A stretch of 32,000 nucleotides of DNA from Nitrososphaerota archaeon (GTDB lineage: Archaea; Thermoproteota; Nitrososphaeria_A; Caldarchaeales; Calditenuaceae). Shown here piece by piece: positions 24,288 through 32,000 of the stretch; positions within the stretch are counted from its first letter, which is position 1, and every line of letters starts with the position of its first letter. The translations under genes and the position numbers were made by a program. The notes beneath the pieces were generated by a model, which did not search any database, was not told the origin of the DNA, and saw nothing but the letters and a program-made list of their open reading frames with translations. The stretch lies in NCBI GenBank assembly GCA_041641295.1, contig JBEPYO010000001.1, positions 791,909 through 823,908 of the forward strand, read 5' to 3'.

Positions 24288-27056
24288 ATGAAGGTATTAC
24301 TCCTAGCCTGTATAGCGGCACTGGCGGCCCTATCACTCATACTCACCCACACACCCACGGCCGAGGCAGCGACAATAACTATAACCATACAGGACTACCA
24401 TGGAAACCCCCTTCCAAGCGCTAATGTCTCTCTCAGCAACTCCTCGGGCACTTTTTCGGCTTCTACCAACAGCAACGGCATAGCAACCCTCAACAACATG
24501 AACACTACAATACCATACAACTTAACGATTACATACCTAGGCATAATAGTCAGAGAATTCACTAACTGGATTCCCGGTAGTTCTAATATCTTCAGGACAG
24601 GCGTCTTCAATGTCAGAATTTGTGTTCAGTCGTGGGGTGGAGTCCAGCCCGTGCAGGGAGCTATAGTGAGAGTTAGGTCGACTCAAACAACCCCTCAGAA
24701 GGACGATACACAGCAAACGGGCAGTGATGGGTGTGCAACCTTCCCAAGACTCCCCGGGAACAGCACCGTATACACTTACAACGCCACCTACAACCACCAA
24801 GTATTCCAGCTCCAGATCAGCAATAGCACCACAGTCAATCTAACTGAGAATAACTACAACAATAATAACATCATACTCCGCCTCTATCGTCTCCGCCTCA
24901 CGCTTCAGGATAGGGAGGGGCGGCCTGTTCAGGGCCTCCAAGCTCTGCTCTGGCGTGGGGAGAAGTCGGGCCAGGCTCATTTGACGGCGACCAGCGACCA
25001 GAACGGGGTCGCGGTCTTCAGCCTCCTCCCACAGGGCACCTACATCTACGAGGTCGTGTACAGGGGTGACACGATATACTCCGTGGACCCGCCCGAGATT
25101 GTTGGGAATAACCGTGACAGGGGGCCGATCAAGCTTCCGCTCACCAGTCTGACGTTAGAGGTCTATGACCTCAAGAACAAGCCGCTAACCTCATACACTA
25201 AGAACTACCAGCTCGTGGCGAGGCTGTACGTAGACGCTAGGCTCTATCTCGAGACCAGCGAGGATAGTGGTGTCATTAGCATGGGATACGTCTATGATGA
25301 GAGGGACTACCGCCTGACACTCCTCTTCGAGGGCCAAGAGGTCGCCAACAGCGTCCTACAAAGCGACGACGTACAGGCTGGGACGGTCAGGGTTCAGGCC
25401 AGATTTGGAGACTTCACAATCACTTTGGATAGCGCGGGCTTCTTCGGAAACCTGCCAAAAATAATCAGCCAAAAGTCTAGCGTAAGACTCTCGGTTGGAG
25501 GCTACCAGATCACCGAGCCCTTCAGCGGCGGGAACACCGTAACATTCCGCGACCATCCAATCGTTAGATACAACTACACGATCATACTCGACGGCCTGGT
25601 GATCGGTGAGGGAGGGCTAACACCCGCGCACGGTGAGTCCAGCAGGGTTAGGCCCAGCTCCTACACGGTCTCGGCTAGAGCATCATCTTTGGACGATAAG
25701 CCTGTCGCAGGGGTCCTCAAGATACTCTACAGAGGCGAGGCCCTCGGAACGGTGGATGTCGCCCGCGAGGGTGGCCGGATTGAGGGGCTTGCTAGGCTGC
25801 CCTACAGGTATTCCTTCGCCTATATGGGGGTCGAGGTTGCTTCGGGCGATTTGGGGGCTGAGGCTGTCGAGGCGGGTGAGCTCTTCATAAGGGCTGGGGT
25901 GGCTGATGTCCGGGCGAGGATACTGGATTACGCGGGGGCGAACCCGCTGACCGGCGCGTTGGCAACACTCACAGTGGCATCCTATAGACAGGACTCCGTC
26001 ACGAACGAGGAGGGGCTCGCATCCTTCCCAGACGCACCACTAGCCACAGGAACAATCACTATACACTATCAGGGCGTAAAAGTCTACTCAAGCCCAATAA
26101 CATACTCGCCGGAACAGAGGCTCATAGAGATACGGAACACGGGCGTCTACACCATGACATTCAAGATACTCGACGGCGAGGGCGCCCCACTCACAGGCGC
26201 AGAGTTCAAGCTAAGCGTCGGAACACTATCAGTTGCGGAGACACTGAGGGAAGGCAGCGAGCTCACGCTGAAGTTCATCCCAAATGGGACACTCTCACTC
26301 TCGGTCAACTATTTGGGTGTAAACGTTTACACAAGCTCCTACCGCCCCTTAAGGGATGGTGATATTGTGGAGATTGTGGGCAAGGTCTACAGGCTCCAAG
26401 TAGAGGTGTATGCGATGGGGATGGAGGGGAGGGAGCTGTTGAGGGGTGCCCAGCTCCTATTCGAGATGGAGGATAGAAGCCTCGCGGAGGCCAGCGCAGA
26501 CACTGGCTCAGCAGCACTGAGGCTCCCAGCCGGAGACTACGTCGTCCGAGTCAGCTACAAGGGAGTACCCGTCGCCGACAGACTCGTAACACTGACAGGT
26601 ACGCAGAAGATTGTTATAGAGGCCGCCGTATATGAGTTCGCCTTAAAGGTCTTCAGACTCGACGGCAACCCCGCAGCGAACCTCATAGTCAGGCTTCTGA
26701 GGGAGGGCACGGACGAGCCGATTGAGGAGCTTCAGACAGACAGCGAGGGAGCCGCATCGACTATAATCCCCGGAGGCGTATACAACATAGTATATGGGAG
26801 TGGAGACGCCATAAACACTGTGAAGATACCGGTCAAGTCAGCGTCAAGCCAGACGCTCCTCTACGGCGAGGCCCGCTCCAACAGCCTCTACCCGCTCATC
26901 GCCGCTCCAGTACTAGTTGCATTATCTATATATGGACTATACAACTCCTTCAGGGTAAAGTCTAGGGCAAGACCACCCAGCACACAGCCCCGTGAGAGGA
27001 GAGGAGCGTCGGAATGGGTTCGGAGGAGCCGGGAACGGTTGAGAAAGAACGTCTAG
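24288..27056 (+). CDS. Large membrane-anchored surface glycoprotein with tandem beta-sandwich (CarboxypepD_reg-like) repeats
   Basis: It has a Sec signal peptide, MKVLLLACIAALAALSLILTHTPTAEA. Repeated modules of about 90 aa follow the pattern (V/I)xDxxGxP(L/V)xGAxVxL...TDxxGxAxFxxLPxGxYxhxVxYxG. A C-terminal TM segment (LYPLIAAPVLVALSIYGLY) is followed by a basic tail. The first 200 aa or so contain many N-x-S/T sequons. Confidence 0.85.
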   Translation: MKVLLLACIAALAALSLILTHTPTAEAATITITIQDYHGNPLPSANVSLSNSSGTFSASTNSNGIATLNNMNTTIPYNLTITYLGIIVREFTNWIPGSSNIFRTGVFNVRICVQSWGGVQPVQGAIVRVRSTQTTPQKDDTQQTGSDGCATFPRLPGNSTVYTYNATYNHQVFQLQISNSTTVNLTENNYNNNNIILRLYRLRLTLQDREGRPVQGLQALLWRGEKSGQAHLTATSDQNGVAVFSLLPQGTYIYEVVYRGDTIYSVDPPEIVGNNRDRGPIKLPLTSLTLEVYDLKNKPLTSYTKNYQLVARLYVDARLYLETSEDSGVISMGYVYDERDYRLTLLFEGQEVANSVLQSDDVQAGTVRVQARFGDFTITLDSAGFFGNLPKIISQKSSVRLSVGGYQITEPFSGGNTVTFRDHPIVRYNYTIILDGLVIGEGGLTPAHGESSRVRPSSYTVSARASSLDDKPVAGVLKILYRGEALGTVDVAREGGRIEGLARLPYRYSFAYMGVEVASGDLGAEAVEAGELFIRAGVADVRARILDYAGANPLTGALATLTVASYRQDSVTNEEGLASFPDAPLATGTITIHYQGVKVYSSPITYSPEQRLIEIRNTGVYTMTFKILDGEGAPLTGAEFKLSVGTLSVAETLREGSELTLKFIPNGTLSLSVNYLGVNVYTSSYRPLRDGDIVEIVGKVYRLQVEVYAMGMEGRELLRGAQLLFEMEDRSLAEASADTGSAALRLPAGDYVVRVSYKGVPVADRLVTLTGTQKIVIEAAVYEFALKVFRLDGNPAANLIVRLLREGTDEPIEELQTDSEGAASTIIPGGVYNIVYGSGDAINTVKIPVKSASSQTLLYGEARSNSLYPLIAAPVLVALSIYGLYNSFRVKSRARPPSTQPRERRGASEWVRRSRERLRKNV

Positions 27057-27595
27057 GCCGAGGCCACAGGCTAGCTAGGTCGCTCATACCCGTCATCCTC
27101 GCTGTGGGGCTCGCGCTTCTAGGCTACTTCCTCTTGGGAGCAGTGCTGGGGACCGATACACCCTTAGTCGTCGTCCCGACCGGTAGCATGCGTCCCACAA
27201 TAGAGGTGGGAGACATTCTCCTGATTCAGGGTGTGAAGCCTGAGGAGATAGTGGCTGACCCGATACGCGGCGATGTGATAGTCTTCTGGCAGCCGGGGGG
27301 CAGTGTGAGGATAGTCCACAGGGCTATAGGGAAGACGGAATTCGGCGTGATAACGAAGGGTGATGCCAACGCTTATCCCGACTTCTTCTCACCAGTCCCC
27401 TACAGCCTAATCGTGGGAAAGTGGACCGGCTTCAAGATACCGGCTTGGACAGGAGTGGGCTACCTAGCCCTCATTCTCAGGGGCGAACTCTACCCACCAC
27501 TCGGCCAGATAATCTGGATCACAATAATCCTCGTCAACATACTCCTAATAGCTAGGGAGGTATTCTCCTCTCCAAAGAGTAGAGCCTCTCCCTGA
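27014..27595 (+). CDS. Signal peptidase I, archaeal/ER type (S26B, Sec11-like)
   Basis: An N-terminal TM anchor is followed by VVPTGSMRPTIEVGDILLIQG (catalytic Ser box) and RIVHRAIG (His box). It overlaps the upstream surface protein gene by 43 nt. Confidence 0.8.
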   Translation: MGSEEPGTVEKERLGRGHRLARSLIPVILAVGLALLGYFLLGAVLGTDTPLVVVPTGSMRPTIEVGDILLIQGVKPEEIVADPIRGDVIVFWQPGGSVRIVHRAIGKTEFGVITKGDANAYPDFFSPVPYSLIVGKWTGFKIPAWTGVGYLALILRGELYPPLGQIIWITIILVNILLIAREVFSSPKSRASP

Positions 27596-28172
27596 CGGCG
27601 CTGACCAGCAGCCCCAGCCTGCCCCCGCCGGCAAGCCTGGCAGCGTCTTCGATGAGGGCTCGCGCATCTGACAGCAGTCTGAGAGCTTCTTCACGCCTAT
27701 TCATGCCGAGGAAGGGCTCAACCCTAGAGAGCTTCACAGCCACCTCGACGAGGAGTGCGGCGGAGCGGGAATAGGGCCTCGCAGGAGCCTGCCTATACTT
27801 GAGGGATACGGGGGAGCCGCGTACTCGAAGCCAGACATCATCACGCACCATTTCACCGACCGAGAACTCGACGACAGCCGACGCCTCGCATAGAACCGGA
27901 GCACCCACCACTTCCCCCGCACCAAAGCTCATAGGCACAACACCCAAGTCTAGGGCCGCCTCAACAATGTACTCGGGAGCCGCGACGTTAACAGCGCCAC
28001 ACCTCGCCCTCAAGAGATTCCGCCCGGTCTGAGACTCGGCGTGAGGCTTCAGCAGAATCGCCAAGGGCTGGGATACGACCCTACACCCCATAGCCGCGGC
28101 GTGTGGAGAGCCGTCCTCGCTGAAAGTCGTAACCACTACCTCGTAGTGGACACCCTCCTCAAGCCCCAACAC
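27552..28172 (-). CDS. DUF447 family (FMN-binding split-barrel-like) protein
   Basis: (V)LGLEEGVHYEVVVTTFSEDGSPHAAAMG matches the family N-terminus. The GTG at 28172 is preferred. The ORF-track ATG at 28322 adds about 50 non-protein-like residues and overlaps the divergent gene. TTG at 28229 is another option. Confidence 0.65.
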   Translation of the reverse strand: MLGLEEGVHYEVVVTTFSEDGSPHAAAMGCRVVSQPLAILLKPHAESQTGRNLLRARCGAVNVAAPEYIVEAALDLGVVPMSFGAGEVVGAPVLCEASAVVEFSVGEMVRDDVWLRVRGSPVSLKYRQAPARPYSRSAALLVEVAVKLSRVEPFLGMNRREEALRLLSDARALIEDAARLAGGGRLGLLVSAVRERLYSLERRIPP

Positions 28173-28311
28173 CTCAAAGAGGCTCGATGGATGCGCACCA
28201 ACCCAGCCAGACCCGCATGGACCGCCCAAGCCAGAGTACGGCCCTTGAGGGCGCGGCCGAGAAGATAAAGCTACACAACAATTTAATAGACACCGTTGAC
28301 GACTATGGGGC

Positions 28312-28614
28312 GTGGAAGCCAACCAGCGTGTCTATCACGTAACAACAGGAGCCCAAGACCTCGAGAGGATACTCCTAACAGACGACACCGCCTCTAGGGC
28401 CAACATAGTCCTGAAGGACGCTAAACTCCTCCTCGGCCGCGAGGGCTATTACATCAGGATAATTGGGACTGAGGAACAGCTGAAGAGGGTGGACGAACTG
28501 CTCAAGGAGAAGGCGAGGCTCGTAGAGGGTGAGGAGCTGAGCCAAGTCCTCGCAAAGATAAAAGAGGAGGACGAGCGCGCACTCTCAGGCTTCGGCGGCA
28601 TCTTCACAGAATAA
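28312..28614 (+). CDS. Small acidic hypothetical protein with GFGGIF C-terminal tail
   Basis: A 100-aa ORF with a GTG start about 27 nt downstream of ATTTAATAG. The C-terminus is KIKEEDERALSGFGGIFTE. Confidence 0.6.
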   Translation: MEANQRVYHVTTGAQDLERILLTDDTASRANIVLKDAKLLLGREGYYIRIIGTEEQLKRVDELLKEKARLVEGEELSQVLAKIKEEDERALSGFGGIFTE

Positions 28615-28668
28615 CCCCCCACAAAATTAAATCCACCCCAACCCCAACATAATATACGCGGGGCCAGA

Positions 28669-28775
28669 GCGGGGGTGGCCGAGCCAGGTCAAAGGCGGCG
28701 GCCTCAAGATCCCACCAAGCAGGAAGAGAAAGCCGCTCCCGAAGGGGTTCGTGGGTTCGAATCCCACCCCCCGCA
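28669..28775 (+). tRNA. tRNA-Leu (anticodon CAA) with an intron of about 22 nt after position 37
   Basis: GCGGGGG TG GCC..GGC G GCGGC CTCAAG[intron ATCCCACCAAGCAGGAAGAGAA]A GCCGC, then a long variable arm TCCCGAAGGGGTTC, then GTGGG TTCGAAT CCCAC CCCCCGC A. All stems pair. The class II variable arm is consistent with Leu. Confidence 0.9.
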
Positions 28776-28998
28776 CAGATATTTGTGCTCAAACTTATCA
28801 GAGGAATTTCTTGTTTGAATGGTCTTTCAGAGAGTTTTGTCTAGCGAGACCTAGCCCAGACTAGAGGGGGACAAACCAACACGCATTCCTAAACTCTTGG
28901 ACAGGGAGAGGAGCCTAGCCTTAATCCGACAGCCTCCCTCAACCACCGCAACACCAGTGGCCTTAACAATATTGATTATTGGTTGAAAATACTCTAGG

Positions 28999-29008
28999 CT
29001 TTTAAAGA
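28999..29008 (+). promoter_or_regulatory. TATA-box-like element for 29030..29932
   Basis: CTTTTAAAGA is centred about 26 nt upstream of the ATG at 29030, which suggests a leaderless transcript. Confidence 0.45.
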
Positions 29009-29029
29009 GGGTGCAGTGGAGGGTGATAT

Positions 29030-29932
29030 ATGCGGCAGCCACTGCTTATAGGTTCGGCAGGCGTCCTCCTACAGGCCCTATCGGGCTGGTGGGACGCCCT
29101 TTCTCATACCATCCAGTTTCAGGGTGGAGACCCGCCCCTTAACCCAGCTCACATCGGCCTATACTCGGGTGTAGGCCTAGTGGGAGTATCACTAATTATG
29201 GGGCTATTCAGGGGGAGTGGGTGGCGTACATCGCTGGCGGCCGGCTTCTTCGCCCAAATAGTGGCCGGGGGTTTGAACGAGGTTACCCATAGGCTGCCGG
29301 AGCTTGAAGATAGTGCCCTACACTTCACTGCCCACGCCATGTTCACCTTAGGACTTCTAGCATCATCACTCACAATATTCTCCGCAGTCTGCATAGGCAT
29401 GATCCACTCTGAGGTGGTGAGTACAGTGTTGCAGCTAGGCCAGTTGACAAGTGGGGTGGCTCTCTGGCTCACTGCCTCAGGCTCCATCCTATACATCTTT
29501 GACACGACCCCCGCGGCCACAGTCCTCCTAGGCTTCACCGCAGCCACAATATTGGGCTCAGCAGTGTATTCGAGCCCTAGAGCCTATTCAGGAACACTAA
29601 CATGGACCATCTACGCTGCTTCAATATACCTCTTTACTGTGGGATATGCTGGAGGACCGCCTTACATGCCTATAGGATTCACCGCAACATTGGTAGCCGA
29701 TCTAACAAAGGGGAAGGACGCTGGGAGAAAGTATACACGGCTAGCTATTATGGCTCTACTGGGAATGACTGCACACATAGCCTACCCAACATACATGAAC
29801 GGGGTATTTCAGATACTTGGCCTATTGTTAGGTGGTCTTATAGGGGGTATTCTACTCACCTATGTTGGCGAAAGGGTTGCATCGGATAGCCGCTCTTCAT
29901 CTGCATCTCACCTCCGCACACATTATTTGTAG
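29030..29932 (+). CDS. Polytopic membrane protein of unknown function
   Basis: A 300-aa ORF with about 8 hydrophobic segments. No motif was recognised. Confidence 0.65.
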   Translation: MRQPLLIGSAGVLLQALSGWWDALSHTIQFQGGDPPLNPAHIGLYSGVGLVGVSLIMGLFRGSGWRTSLAAGFFAQIVAGGLNEVTHRLPELEDSALHFTAHAMFTLGLLASSLTIFSAVCIGMIHSEVVSTVLQLGQLTSGVALWLTASGSILYIFDTTPAATVLLGFTAATILGSAVYSSPRAYSGTLTWTIYAASIYLFTVGYAGGPPYMPIGFTATLVADLTKGKDAGRKYTRLAIMALLGMTAHIAYPTYMNGVFQILGLLLGGLIGGILLTYVGERVASDSRSSSASHLRTHYL

Positions 29933-30191
29933 AGCGTGGGTGAAAGCTAGCTCAAAAATGGGTCATGTATTCTACGCATCACTCACAAATTATTTCAATA
30001 CTGCATAAAATATGATTTTGAAGAATTGGCCTCTTGCTAAAAACTGACGATGCGCAAAGAATACGTGTTTATGGTTATTGCCGGATTTCTGTGGGGCTCG
30101 CTTGGATGAGTTATTCGAGGGCTATGGTGTTGTGATGCTTGAGGGTTGGTTGATGGTTTTTTAGGGTCTCATTGTTTATTGGCGGGTTGGG

Positions 30192-31052
30192 TTGAGGGTT
30201 TATAGTCCTTATGTGGGGTGGGTTGAGTATCCTGATAGGCCTTCGAGGATTGTGAGTCTGTGCCCGTCTGTGACGGAGACGCTCTTCATGCTTGGTGTGG
30301 GTGGGAGGGTTGTGGGTGTTTCGAGCTGGTGTCACAGGCCGCGGGAGGCTCTTGAGAGGCCGAAGGTGGGGAGCTACACAGGGATACTTAGGGACAGGAT
30401 TCTGGAGCTTGGGCCTGAGCTTGTTTTTACGACTGTGGGTGCGCAGCGGAGGGCGCTAGAGGAGCTGCTCGCCCTCGGCTATCCGACGTATCCGTTTCCG
30501 CTGCCTAGGGATGTCTACGCCATCTTGTCCATGGTGGTTGAGGTGGGTGGGATGGTCGGTGAGCCGGAGGCCGCCCTCAGCTTGGCCGAGAGGCTGGCAA
30601 GACGCTTGGAGGATTTGAGGACCTTGAGGCGCGGGGATAGGACACCTAGGGTCTACGTCGAGATTGATTTGGGAGGGCCGACTGTGCCGGCCTACTCCAA
30701 TCACATCAACTCTGCGCTCCACTTGGCGGGGATAGCCAACATATTCGGCGACCAACCCGGTGAATACTTGTATGGTATGAAGGTAGGCGACTACCCGGTG
30801 CTGGATGTCGCAGGTGAGCTGACGAGGAGAGACCCAGACGTGATAATATACGAGTCTAAGAGCTTTCACCCATCACCTGACGAGGGCTTGAACGTGATGA
30901 GGAAGAGGGGGCTGGAGGGGTTGAGGGCCGTCAAGACAGGCAGCGTCCTGACACTCCCAGCCGACACCCTAGCACACTACGGCCCCTCATTCCTGGAAGA
31001 GGTTGTAAAAGTCTGCAACATGGTCTGGGAGATATTCGATAGACGGTCTTAA
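30192..31052 (+). CDS. BtuF/FhuD-type (Peripla_BP_2) substrate-binding protein, cobalamin/iron-chelate class
   Basis: PSRIVSLCPSVTETLFMLGVGGRVVGVSSWCHRP is the typical N-lobe signature. The start is TTG. No N-terminal signal peptide or lipobox is visible. Confidence 0.7.
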   Translation: MRVYSPYVGWVEYPDRPSRIVSLCPSVTETLFMLGVGGRVVGVSSWCHRPREALERPKVGSYTGILRDRILELGPELVFTTVGAQRRALEELLALGYPTYPFPLPRDVYAILSMVVEVGGMVGEPEAALSLAERLARRLEDLRTLRRGDRTPRVYVEIDLGGPTVPAYSNHINSALHLAGIANIFGDQPGEYLYGMKVGDYPVLDVAGELTRRDPDVIIYESKSFHPSPDEGLNVMRKRGLEGLRAVKTGSVLTLPADTLAHYGPSFLEEVVKVCNMVWEIFDRRS

Positions 31053-31113
31053 CCAAGCCAGCTCCCTGAGTGTTTACGGGGCGGAGGGTTTTTGACTGGG
31101 GGGCGCCCTCTCT

Positions 31114-32000
31114 GTGCTGGTGTCTGGTGTGGAGAGGTGGGAGGGGTATAGCGGCTTCCTCTTGGAGATGATTAGGGCTGCCGGGGCTGAGATTGGTGAT
31201 GAGGTTGTTGTTGAGAGGCCTGACGGCTCGCGGTTTAGAGGCCTGCTGATGTTCAAGGGCGAACTCTCGGCCGAGAATGTTTTGGTGCTCAAGCTGAGCA
31301 ACGGCTACAACATCGGGGTGGCTGTTGACCCGTCCTGCAGGATTGAGAGGGTTGCGGCTGGGCGGAGGCCAGCATTCACCCGCCCACCACCACCTCCCCA
31401 GAAGAGCGGCCTACCCCGCGTCAAGGTTATTGGGACTGGGGGCACGATAGCGAGCCGCGTCGACTATAGGACCGGCGCTGTGAGACCGGCCATTTCCTCC
31501 GAGGACCTGGTCTCCCTCGTCCCCGAGCTCTCCGAGCTCGCCCTGATAGACGCCGAGGTTCTCTTCTCGCTGTATAGCGAGGACTTTACTGTGAGGGAGT
31601 GGGAGGCGATTGCTGAGAGGGTGAAGCGGGTCATAGAGGACGGGTTTGACGGTGTTGTCTTGACGCATGGGACGGATACGATGCACTACACGGCTGCAGC
31701 CCTCAGCTTCACGCTCCAGAACCCTCCTGTTCCGATAGTCTTGGTTGGCTCGCAGCGGAGCAGCGACAGGCCTTCGAGCGATGCGGCGTTCAACCTGATG
31801 GGTGCTGTTTGGGTTGCGGCTAGGGCGCCTTTCGGCGAGGTTGTGGTCGCGATGCATGCGTGGCACTCCGACGAGGCGGTAGCAGTACACCGCGGAACTA
31901 GGGTAGTCAAGATGCATACGAGCAGCAGGGACGCCTTCAAGAGCGTCAACGCCACGCCACTCGCGATTCTGAGCGGCGGGTCGCTCAAGATGTTAGACAG
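31114..32000 (+). CDS. gatD: Glutamyl-tRNA(Gln) amidotransferase subunit D (5' part, runs off the window)
   Basis: This frame is not in the ORF track because it has no stop within the window. It reads ...YSGFLLEMIRAAGAEIGDEVVVE..., VKVIGTGGTIASRVDYRTGAV, LTHGTDTMHYTAAALSF and LVGSQRSSDRPSSDA (asparaginase-type domain). The frame opens after the TGA at 31093. Candidate starts are GTG at 31114, 31120 or 31129, or ATG at 31168. Confidence 0.85.
   Translation, partial: MLVSGVERWEGYSGFLLEMIRAAGAEIGDEVVVERPDGSRFRGLLMFKGELSAENVLVLKLSNGYNIGVAVDPSCRIERVAAGRRPAFTRPPPPPQKSGLPRVKVIGTGGTIASRVDYRTGAVRPAISSEDLVSLVPELSELALIDAEVLFSLYSEDFTVREWEAIAERVKRVIEDGFDGVVLTHGTDTMHYTAAALSFTLQNPPVPIVLVGSQRSSDRPSSDAAFNLMGAVWVAARAPFGEVVVAMHAWHSDEAVAVHRGTRVVKMHTSSRDAFKSVNATPLAILSGGSLKMLD

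Noticed and set aside
27552-28322. Full 256-aa version of the DUF447 ORF starting at the ATG at 28322
   Set aside because: The first 50 residues or so (MASTPHSRQRCLLNCCVALSSRPRPQGPYSGLGGPCGSGW...) are not protein-like. They overlap the divergent gene's start and promoter. The family-typical N-terminus begins at the GTG at 28172.
28604-28792. 62-aa minus-strand ORF
   Set aside because: It lies antisense across the tRNA-Leu gene, and its GC-rich stems generate a spurious open frame.
30111-30335. 74-aa minus-strand Pro/His/Asn/Thr-rich ORF
   Set aside because: It is the mirror of the G/T-rich + strand at the 5' end of the BtuF-like gene and its upstream region. The product is low complexity with no start context.
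31074-31988. Minus-strand ORFs 31074..31301, 31411..31917 and 31686..31988
   Set aside because: They are antisense to the well-supported gatD frame, which is missing from the ORF track only because it has no stop in the window.

Overview
This window looks like a chromosomal segment of a hyperthermophilic crenarchaeon, Desulfurococcales/Pyrodictiaceae-like. Supporting features are a group II chaperonin, two intron-containing tRNAs, GatD, an ATP-dependent DNA ligase, an S26B signal peptidase, and AT-rich TATA boxes about 25-40 nt upstream of many start codons. I cannot name the species. From about 11.8 kb rightward the content is mostly housekeeping. It includes a HemK-type methyltransferase, CoxM/CoxS-like subunits, heme O synthase, tRNA-Glu, thermosome, endonuclease IV, GtrA-like and GGCT-like proteins, beta-RFAP synthase and DNA ligase. 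It continues with a large repeat-domain surface glycoprotein plus signal peptidase I, DUF447, tRNA-Leu, a BtuF-like binding protein and the 5' part of gatD. The stand-out region is 1.6-10 kb, an accessory locus of eight tightly packed genes that all begin with an archaeal class III (prepilin-type) signal peptide. They form two convergent arms. One arm is a diverged tandem duplication of a two-gene cassette on the + strand. The other is a four-gene operon on the - strand that includes two paralogous large proteins, a protein that is about half threonine, and a protein with both an N-terminal prepilin signal and a C-terminal membrane anchor. No assembly ATPase, platform protein or prepilin peptidase is present in the window. 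A strongly G-poor GT-C-like membrane protein gene lies on one flank. A membrane-anchored multi-zinc-ribbon protein lies on the other. I rank this locus as the best candidate for an undescribed cell-surface filament or adhesion system. A second unusual region is a low-GC, gene-poor island (16.9-19.0 kb). It holds a degenerate IS110-like gene flanked by long non-coding DNA and a 77-nt hairpin.
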